Shown: positions 54,431 through 64,000 of the stretch, one piece after another
How the letters are laid out: every line of letters starts with the position of its first letter
Numbering within the stretch: the stretch's first letter is position 1
NCBI GenBank assembly: GCA_964016885.1
Contig: OZ024742.1
Coordinates: 68,944,001 to 69,008,000, forward strand
Source: Eledone cirrhosa
Lineage: Eukaryota
Direction of reading: 5' to 3'
Length of the DNA stretch: 64,000 bases
The notes under the pieces: generated by a model
Databases searched by the model: none
Told to the model about the DNA's origin: nothing
What the model saw: the letters and a program-made list of their open reading frames with translations, nothing else
Made by a program: the position numbers and the translations under genes

Positions 54431-55655
54431 ATAACAACAATAATAATAATAATAATAATGAAAAGCTAATGAATAAGAGAAGAAGACGCACGAGGTGGTA
54501 GAACGTCACGAAATTGCTCCTGTAAGTTTTTGATTTTTAACATATTTAAATCAATTGTGAAAGAACAATTCTTAGCACAAATGTTGCATAAATGCACCGA
54601 ATGAGGTCCCATAAAGTTTCGGATCCATATTATACTGTTGTATCGCTCAAATATTCAATTTTGTATTATATATTTTGTATTCAAAAAAAGAAAATGGTTA
54701 TAAATGGAACAAAACACCCTCTGTCTACACTATATAGAACCGCCAAATAGCAGCAATTTCAATTTCACCAACACCAGAAACTTGATACACTACCTATCCC
54801 ATCACACTAAATATAACAGCCAGATAACGGCAATTTCACCAGCATCATAATAATAATTACTATTATTATTGTCTCAAATTTAAAAAAATGTTTAATTCAA
54901 ATTTTACGGGAATATGTCAACACAAAATATAATAAAAATATATATTAAACATACGAATACAAACTCATAGATACTATATCAGTAACCACAACACCACCGC
55001 TGCCACCACCCCACTGCATCCATCATCGCCGCCACCACTCATTCAATGCTACCGACACTATTCCCCTGTTAACTTGAGAGAGAAAAGGGAAGGTGGCGGT
55101 ATCACTAGACAAGAGAGAGGCTAGCAAAAGATATAAATAGATTGACTTGGTGACCTTGCCACCGGCCAAACGTCTACATCAACAATTATGGGACTGTTGG
55201 CTCACCCCTTCCTCACCAACAATATAAAAAGCCCCGGCACCACCACCGACATAGCCAACAACAATAACAGCCAACTACAAAAAAAAGTATATTATATTAT
55301 TGTAATGCACTGGGTGATTGCTGGCCTTGTGCCTGGAGTGGAGACAATTATTAATAATTTCATTCTTAAGCCACGCAATGCTCACATTAAGGAACCACTC
55401 ATGATAATAACAATTTAAAAAAAAACAACAAAAAAAAACCCCCGTGACGAAGAAATACCGGGATGGCGGCCGGCGGGGAATAGCCGTGTCTCTAGGGGAG
55501 AACGACCTCTCTAGTCTTGGTTGACACTCGTTCTAGAAGTGGTAACACGAAATGATTACCCCTTGGCGGATAAGGATAAAACGCGACAAAATTGTCTCCA
55601 CTCCAGGCACAAGGCCAGCAATCACCCAGTGCATTACAATAATATAATATACTAA

Positions 55656-58600
55656 ATGTATAATGATAAAATCTCATACCGGATCGGCCGTCACCCGGGT
55701 AAAAAAGGGCCGCGTCCCTCAGAGAGGAACCAGACTGGGGTCGAAAAATCAGCTAATGGTTCAAACCTTCCCATCACTTCGGAGCTGGAGACCTCCCATA
55801 ACCGGAATACTCCTACTGTTGGCCCTCCATGCTCACCACCAAGAAATCCAAAGAAAAAGAGAGAAAAATGGTCAAGGGAAGATAATAAAGAAGTCCTTGA
55901 GGCTTTCTACACTGCCATGTACTACCCATCAAATACATCGAATACAGAACAAACATATATCAACTGGAAAAAGAAACATCCCGAAAACAGAGGCTATATT
56001 GACAATAACAAACTAGCCAATATACGAAGAAATATTGTAAGAAAAAAGTTACTAACTGATATAGAAATTGATCAGATCAAGCTAGTAGCACAAAGTCAGC
56101 GAAGGAAAAATTAAGCATGTGTCAGTGAAAACGAGGTAAACTGTAACACTTCGAATCCCAGGGTTGGGGCGGAATCACTGGCAACAGAACAAATTAAAGA
56201 AAGGATCGAAAAAGTGGAGGGAGTGCATGCTCAAGATGAAACTCCAAATGAAAATAATGAGATCGTAAATGATAAAGAAATGAATGAGAATGAACTTGCC
56301 AACTTGAAGGATGAAATTATGATCGAATGGATGAAAATGAAAGAATCTGACATGGGGCAACGAGACACCCTCCCTAAGATCCAGAACTCTAAACAGAACC
56401 AAAAGATAATACACAAGACTAACATAATTCTCAAAAACATTATCATCACAAACAAACTAAACATTACTGATTTAAATCATCTCTATTATGCATCGGCTAA
56501 AGTCACCACTCACTTATGTGGAGTGAAGATGAAAAAACAAAGGAATTCCCACAAGAAATCTACTTGGCAAGAGAACATCAATCGCCAAATAAACCTTCTC
56601 CGATCTGACATAGAAATTTTAACAAACTATAAAGTAGGTGAACATGTTAAACAAACTAAACTTAGAAAATTGAAAAAAAAGTACAGTATAAAATCAACAT
56701 GTGACATAGACATGCTGATAGAAATAATCAAGCAAAAAGTGTCGGCCAAAGCTGCTCGTATAAGGCGCTTTGAAAAACGATCTAGATTCTATAAGGACAA
56801 TAATATGTTCAAAAACAACCAAAGAAACTTCTACAGAAAAATTGGTAAGTCAACAATAACTGCTAAATCAATACCACCCAAGGAGGAAGTGCAAGAATTC
56901 TGGGAAAAGATCTGGGCCGAAGAAAAAGTTCATAACATACATGCCCCATGGATAGACAGACAAATGAAAGATACAGCTAACCTTGAGGAACAAATATGGG
57001 AAAATATAACAGTTGAACAGTTGCGCTTGGCTCTAAGAAAAACCAGCAAATGGAAATCCCCAGGAAAAGATAAAATACAAAACTTTTCGATAAATGCCTT
57101 CACAGAGTCTCATGAGCTGTTAGCCCAACTTTACAATGAAATAGTTAAGGAGCCAGAAAAGATACCATCATGGCTAGTTAACGGCATTACATTCCTGCTT
57201 CCGAAGAATGATGAGACAAACAATCCCAAAAATTACAGACCGATAACTTGCTTGACCACAATGTATAAAATTTTAACATCAGTCCTAACTGAATACACAT
57301 ATGACCACCTGATAACAAATGACCTATTTCCCATTGAGCAGAAAGGGTGTAAACGAGGCTCATATGGCTGTAAGGATCAGCTTCTGGTTAACAAAATGAT
57401 ACTGGAAGATTGTCATAATAGACACAAAAATCTATCGATTGCTTGGATAGATTATAAAAAAGCATTCGATAGTTTGCCACACGGTTGGATTGAAAAATGT
57501 TTAGAGATTTTCAAAATATCCCCCGTTGTCAGGAGGTTTTTGTCATTCAGTATGAAGACATGGAAAACGACACTCCTTTTGAATAGTGAAACAAAATCAC
57601 TGGAAGCTGGAGAAGTTAATATTAATTGTGGAATTTTTCAGGGTGACTCTTTATCACTGCTTTTATTCTGCATCGCACTTATACCATTAAGTAAAATGCT
57701 CAATGAAACAAAACATGGATATAAAGTCTATGACAAAACCATTAATCACTTGTTCTACATGGATGACCTGAAACTATTTGCAAAGAATGATGAACAATTG
57801 CAAGGGCTATTATCCACTGTGGGGCAGTTCAGTGATGACATTAAAATGGAGTTTGGACTAGATAAATGCGCCAAAGCAACGTTCACCAGAGGAAAGCTGC
57901 TGAAGAGTTCAGACATTAATCTTGATCGGGGGAACGTGATAAGAGAACTTGATCAAGAAAAAACTTACAAATATCTAGGTGTTTGTGAAGGAGACGGAAT
58001 CAAGCACTCGACAATGAGGGAAAGGATAAGGAAGGAATGTTACCGCAGAGTAAGAGCAATCTTAAGAACGGAATTGAATGCAAGGAATAGGATCGATGCC
58101 ATAAACACGCTTGCCATACCAGTAGTAACCTACAGTTACAATGTCATCAACTGGTCAAGCACAGAGATCCGTAGGCTCGATACAAAAATTCGAAAATTCT
58201 TAACCATGCACAGAATGCATCACCCTAAGGCAGATATAGATAGAATATATCTCCCTAGGAAAGAAGGAGGACGTGGGTTAATCCAGTTAGACATTGCGTT
58301 GAAAACTGCAACAATTGGATTATCTACATATCTAAGGGAATCACATGATTGGATGATCAAACTCGTTTTGAAACACGAAAGCATCAAAAGATCATATTCC
58401 ATTACAAAAGATGCACAAAGATACAGTAATGGACTACAAATTTCAGAAGTCCCATTTACTGCTGAAATGGAAAACACAGAAAAAGCAAAGCAGGTAAAAG
58501 TAACTGCAAAGAAAGAACTGCTACAGAAACTGGCTAAGAAATGGCAAGAAAAGCCTCTGTATGGAAAATACCTAGAGCGAGCTAACAATCCTGATGTTGA

Positions 58601-59445
58601 CAAAACTTTAACCCATCAGTGGTTGGCATCCTCTGGACTGAAATCGGAGACTGAAGGACTGATTATATCAGCACAAGATCAGTGTCTGCCAACAAAAAAT
58701 TACCAAGCCAACATAATAAAAAATGGATGCAGCCCATTATGCCGTGTATGCAAAAAACAACCAGAGACCATTGACCATATAATTTCAATGTGCAGTCCTA
58801 TAGCTCCAACCGAATACCTAAACAGGCATGACAGAGCTGCACATTACATACATTGGATAATGTGTAAGCATTTTGACCTGCCCCATCAAAAGAATTGGTG
58901 GGAGCATCAACCACCTCCCATACTTGAAAAAGATCACATCTCAATCTTGTGGAACTTTAGCATCCAAACAGACCGACAAATAGATGCAAATAGAACTGAT
59001 ATAATATTGAAGGACTTTCAAAAGAGGGTATGTCTGCTAATTGATATGTCTGTTCCAATAGACAAGAATGTATCTATAAAAACATTTGAAAAATTGAGCA
59101 AGTATAAGGACCTGGAGATAGAAATTGGAAAAATGTGGAAATTGAGAACTAAAACAATACCAGTAGGCGCTCTGGGAATGATACCTAAGGGGTCTAATGA
59201 TTACTTATCTCAAATCCCAGGAAACCCGCGTATAGGAGAAATAAAAAAGGTAGTACTAATCGGAACTGCCCATATACTAAGGAAGATTCTGTCAATATAA
59301 GTACATCACAAGTCTAAACACTAAAGATGCATGTGTGAGTATGTATGTTCTTTCTTGAACATGGCGGACCTTGTTGTCTCTTGAGGTTACTGGTTGTGAC
59401 TTGGTGATAACTCGTATGAACATAAAACAAGATAAATGCAACTGT
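55656..59445 (+). mobile_element. Near full-length Dong/R4-type (RLE) LINE; single ~1214-codon ORF with one in-frame stop
   Basis: ORFs 55656..56114 and 56214..59300 are in the same frame, separated only by TAA at 56112-56114. RT YMDD, CCHC CRVCKKQPETIDHIISMC, RLE domain, (TAA)n tail. Confidence 0.93.
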
Positions 59446-59525
59446 AATAATAATAATAATAATAATAATTTCAACAAACTTTCCAGTTAACTAACATCAA
59501 TGACTGAGACTCAAAGAGTAATAAC

Positions 59526-59574
<49 letters not shown>

Positions 59575-59664
59575 TATCTCTTTAGGAAAGAAGGAGGACG
59601 TGGATCAATCCTATTAGATATTTCTTTGAAAACTGCAACAATTGGATTATCTACATAATGCGCC

Positions 59665-60587
59665 TTTCTTTATTCGTCACACAGAGCTCACATTAAGGAG
59701 ACATTAAAGACTGCACATGACGATAAAATTCATAACAGATTAAGAAAATAAACATTAAAATAAAAACATATCAAATTCCTCTAAAGTGAGTATATTCCAA
59801 GGATTACTCGTAGAGAAAGCCCACAAAAGCCACGGTCACCCTTACCGCTAGGGCAAGCTCCCTCTCCCAGTTGCCCTCATTCAATACTACAGGAACACGC
59901 TCAGGGCAGGCCCATATTAATGGGCCATTCTTGCCTCTCTTCCCCACCTTTCAACAAACTGGCTGGAAAGCAGCACTTCCCTCCCCACCTTGATTTTCCT
60001 TTTTAGGTGAAACCTGAAAAGATTAATGAGAGTGTTGCCGAAGAGAAACGTGCTCGTTTTCAAACCTTTCAGACGCATCCACCATATGACCTCTTTCACC
60101 ATGACCACCAGGCAGATAAAAACTGCCTGCCCTTCCTGGTTAAAGGAGGGTGACGTGCAATCTTCATGGTGGACTCAGCTGATAGCCAGATCCGTCCTAC
60201 ACGCGACAGATGTTCGACATAAACCTACAAATCAGAGATACTCGGACACTGGACAAATGCGTGCAGGACAGTCTCCTCGCCCTGCGCGCACCTCGGGCAG
60301 GTCCAGCTGACGGCACTTCTATGCCTGTAAAATTTATCTCGAACTGGCAACGCTCCCTGGTAGCACTGCCAGACCAGGGATTTTGGGAAGTTATCCATTG
60401 GCCCGGGACCGAAAGACCTCCGGAAGATAATAGTTAGTTGGCTTTCGTCGACACCCTGAGTTTCCTCAAGGACGTCGTCGCTCATGCCCTCCACTAATCT
60501 TCTATAGAAAGCCAAGGTGGAGTTTCCACCGATCGCAAAGCCCGATTGGCGAAGGGCAGTGAGCGCTTGGAGAGATTCCAGTTTCAT
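59665..60587 (-). mobile_element. 3' fragment of L1/Tx1 LINE
   Basis: ALPVRDK..CPRCAQGEETVLHAFVQC, FHLKRKI. Confidence 0.85.
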
Positions 60588-60589
60588 GA

Positions 60590-60940
60590 GCGATATAAGA
60601 TCTTGTTTGACAATCTTATCGTGGCTAGAATATCTGACATTTCTGTCATAGAAAAGAAGACTAACAAGGCAATTATTATGTATATTGCTTCACTTTGAGA
60701 CCACAGGATGAATAAGAAAGAAAGGGAAAAGTTGATAAATATCAGGTGCTGAAGAGAGAAATCAGGAAACTATGGAGAATCAGACACTTAGAAGTAGTAC
60801 CGATTGTCGTTGGCGCATTGGGAGCAGTTCGTAAGAGGTTTGATGCATGGCTTGAGAAGTTAGAAATGACCATCAGGATAGGATTGTTGCAGAAAAAAAA
60901 CCTTCCTAGGATTGTAAGGAGGGTGTTAGAAAGTTGAAGG
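60590..60940 (+). mobile_element. Decayed 3' fragment of Dong/R4-type LINE
   Basis: LKREIRKLW..VVPIVVGALG. Confidence 0.75.
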
Positions 60941-60944
60941 GTTA

Positions 60945-61007
60945 ACATAAACAATAATTAGGATGGCACAGGACGAAAATATAGAGTGTGTGTATGTGTG
61001 CGTGTGC

Positions 61008-61038
<31 letters not shown>

Positions 61039-61870
61039 TGTGTGTGTTTGTTTGTTGGTGTGTGGGTTTTGCGTGTAACCAGATTTAATAACAGCGAAGA
61101 AAAGAGGTAACAATAAAATTTAAACAAAGGGAATTCCTCAGTAGGGAAGAGACGTTTGAGGCCTGCCCGTAGTAAAATAAAAACATGTAAAACTACAGGT
61201 GCCATGATCTCTAGGGCAAGTGCCCTGTCCTAGTTGTTCTCCAATCTACAGGCGCACACACAGAGTAGACTCGTTCTCTCGGACCATGCTAGCCTCTTTC
61301 ATCCACCTAACAACAAACTGCTTGGAAGGCAGCACTTCCCTCTCTACCCTGATTTTTCTCTTCAAGCGAAATCTGAAAAAGTTAATTAGGGTCTCGCCGA
61401 AGAAGAAAGTACTGGTCTTCAATCCTTTCAAACGTGTTCACCATAGAACCTTTTTCGCCATGTCCACCAGACAGATAAAAACTGCCTGCACTTCCTGACT
61501 AAAAGGAGGTGGCGGGGAATTTCAGTTGACAGCCGGGTTCGTCCTACACGCGACAGCATGTGTTCGACATAAACCCACAGATCAGCAGTACTTGGACACT
61601 GGACGAATTAGTGTTGGACAGTTTCGTCGCCCTGCGCGTATCTCGGACAGGCCCGACTGACGGCACTTCCACGCCTGTTTATTTTGAACTGGCATAGCTC
61701 CCTGTGGTACTGCCAGGCCAGTGACTTCTGAAAATTATCCATGGGCCTTGGACTGAAAATTCTCCCGAAAAGAGTGGCTAGATCATTTTCGTCGATGTCC
61801 AGAGTCTCCCCAAGAACGTCGTCACTTTTATTCGCCACTAACCCACTATAGAACACCAAGGGGGATTTTC
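60945..61870 (-). mobile_element. 3' fragment of L1/Tx1 LINE
   Basis: PMDNFQKSLAWQ..ACPRYAQGDETV, FRLKRKIRVER. Confidence 0.8.
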
Positions 61871-62483
61871 AGGTGGCACCTGTTGCGCATGGATGCTTAC
61901 TAGTCTCTGTCCGCAGTAATAAGGGACTAGCAGGATCTTGTTAGTTTGTGTGGGTTTTAGGGAGTGAAATTTTGTTTCTTTTTCTGTTGCAAATCTTACC
62001 TCTACTCTGCCAAAATCCCTATGAACAAGTTTTGGTTTCTATACGGATCATAAAGTATTTTGTAGTTGAGCCTCTGTTGAACTTTCCACATTCCTAGTTT
62101 TACAATGTGGCCATCTATTTCCACAAACCCTCTTGCTTTTTTTTTACTACTTCTTCAGAGAATGTGATCTTCGAAAAAGAAGTTTTCGTGGCACTAGCGA
62201 AAGATTTAGTAGCTGCTGCTGTTATTGTTGTTATTGTTGTTGTTGTTGTTGTTGTTGTTGTCATTGCTATTGTCTTTCACAATTTTATTGCTGTTAATTT
62301 TGCTGCTTTTGTTTTTTGTTGTTGTTGCTCCAATTGTCATTGATGTTATTCTTGTTGGATATGTTTCCAATATTTTGTGTTTAAAGCCTTATTATTTATA
62401 ATAATATGGTTTTGTTTTCTTTTTGAGTCCGTCTCCATTATAGAGACGCTGTCTTCCTCACTTTTCACTTTAGTTGGTGTTAG

Positions 62484-62521
<38 letters not shown>

Positions 62522-62749
62522 AGACCTTTCGCTGCATTCTCCACTTTAGGTATCAGAATCCATGTATATATATTTTTGTGAAAAATAAAATTAACAAAAT
62601 TAATAAAGCCGACATCCCCGTTCAAACAGGACTGAGCCAACTCTTGTCAAGTCTAAAACTCGAACAAAAGGCTAGAGACGGTCAAAATAAACAAAAATGA
62701 AACAAACTCTGCGAAGCGTGGCCTCTACTTCAGTAGTCCTTTATAATAA

Positions 62750-63330
62750 TTGTTTCTACTTTTGGCACAAGGTCAGCAATTACCCCAGTGCATTACCGGT
62801 GCTTATTTTATCGACCCCGTAAGGGTGAAAGGCAAAGTTAACCTCGGTGGGATTTGAACTCAGATCGTAAAAGGCGTAACTCTATGCTGCAAAGCATGGC
62901 GCCCGGCCCTCTACCGATTCTGCCAATCCATCGCCCTTGATAATAATAATAATAATGATTTCTTATATAGGCACAAGGCCAGTAATTTAAGGGAGGGGGA
63001 AGTCGATTAAATCGACCCCAGTACATTACTGGTGCTTTATTTGATCGACTCCGTAAGGATGAAGGCAAAGTTTAACCATGTCGAGATTTGAACTCAGACG
63101 ATAGAGGGCCGTAACTCTATGCTGCAGAGCATGGCGTCCGACCCTCTACCGATACTGCCAATCCACCATAATAATAATAATTTCTTATTTTGTCACAAAG
63201 CCAGAAATTTGTGGGGAAGGGTTGGTCGATTATATTGCCCTGATACTTAACTGGTAATTTATTTTATCGACCACGAAAAGATGAAAGGCAAAATTGACCT
63301 TGCCGAAATTTGAACTCAGAACATAAAGAA
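62750..63330 (-). mobile_element. Three tandem SINE copies separated by (TAA)n
   Basis: Core ATCGACCCCGTAAGG.TGAAAGGCAAAGTTAACC and GATTTGAACTCAG at ~62810, ~63045 and ~63265. Confidence 0.8.
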
Positions 63331-63670
63331 CAGGTTCAAATATCGGTAGCAAATAAGAATACACCCATCAATCACTGACAACGCAATTCTATACAACTGG
63401 ATCAACGTGGGAGTCGTAACACGGTCGCTTGACCACGTTGAATTAGGAATTTAATCTTTAAATTATATCACGAACTCTTACAAAAGGAATGATATATTGG
63501 ATAAGAACACTATATTTGAAAATAAAAAAAGAAAGCTGGTTGGTCACTGGGCTAAAATATCTTTCTTAAGTCTCTTTTACCAAGTCTAATCTGGAGCTAA
63601 ACAGCAACGTCTAAATAAAATGTCACCCTTTATATGAACGCCAAAGACAGATTATTCCAAATATACTCAC

Positions 63671-63806
63671 CCTGTTTTAACGAAATTGCCAAAAAGTGCC
63701 ATGTATTTTTTGCTGACCTCTTTGTCAAGTTCTGTGTAGGTTTTCAACGGGTGCCCAACCAAAGGAGCTCCAAACAAGTAGAACATATCTATTCCATGTG
63801 GCGCCC
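63671..63806 (-). CDS. Internal exon of carboxylesterase-family gene A carrying the catalytic-His region
   Basis: Not in the ORF track. tttcag|GG...ACAGG|gtgagt, 136 nt, translates GAPHGIDMFYLFGAPLVGHPLKTYTELDKEVSKKYMALFGNFVKTG, matching the family motif HxxD/ExxYxFGxP...NFxKTG. Confidence 0.85.
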
Positions 63807-64000
63807 CTGAAATAAAAACATACAGTAATATATACATATATATTTGTTGGCGGTTAACCTTACCGATGTATTAGGTGATGCTCTTGAGGGTGCTTGATTA
63901 TACCAGCGCCTTACCCTCGCTATCATTCGCAGCAATGCTGTGAGTGTGTTGGACTATCTCAAAAGAGGAAAATTCTAGCGCCCATGTTATAGCGTGCGAT

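Larger units (their letters stand above)
35516..63670 (-). other. ~28.2 kb GT-AG phase-2 intron of gene A, almost entirely retroelements
   Basis: Donor and acceptor are phase-compatible and the protein motif is continuous across the junction; no intervening exon recognised. Confidence 0.7.

Noticed and set aside
55680-55765. HDV-like ribozyme at the 5' end of the Dong element (GAACCA/TGGTTC with CTAA)
   Set aside because: Too little sequence between the putative P2 strands to fit P3, P1 and P4.
61900-62720. Possible 5' part of another Tx1 ORF1, or a host exon
   Set aside because: Only low-complexity similarity; no diagnostic motif or convincing splice pair.

Overview
AT-rich, microsatellite-saturated animal DNA. 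The Nin/Deu-domain SINEs and repeat landscape suggest a cephalopod (octopus-like); this is inference. Host genes, all on the minus strand: the last two coding exons of a carboxylesterase/cholinesterase-fold type I membrane protein (63671-63806 and 35203-35515), joined in frame across a ~28 kb intron, and the first coding exon of a second family member (2796-3278). These look like tandem paralogs. The intron holds three large and two partial L1/Tx1-type LINEs, a nearly intact Dong/R4-type (RLE) LINE plus fragments, a nested RTE with TSD, and SINEs, mostly at (TAA)n tracts. The 0-35 kb region is dominated by Penelope-like elements (PLEs) and derived fold-back units embedded in (TA)n, plus a Helitron, a Tc1/mariner MITE, RTE-like fragments and a degenerate TTAGGG-like satellite. 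The most striking signal is a set of type I hammerhead ribozyme (HHR) motifs from at least seven apparently distinct repeat families, including non-canonical cores and very large loop-2 insertions. Inverted-repeat junctions repeatedly fall at or inside these ribozymes. All structures were read by eye; nothing was computed or searched.
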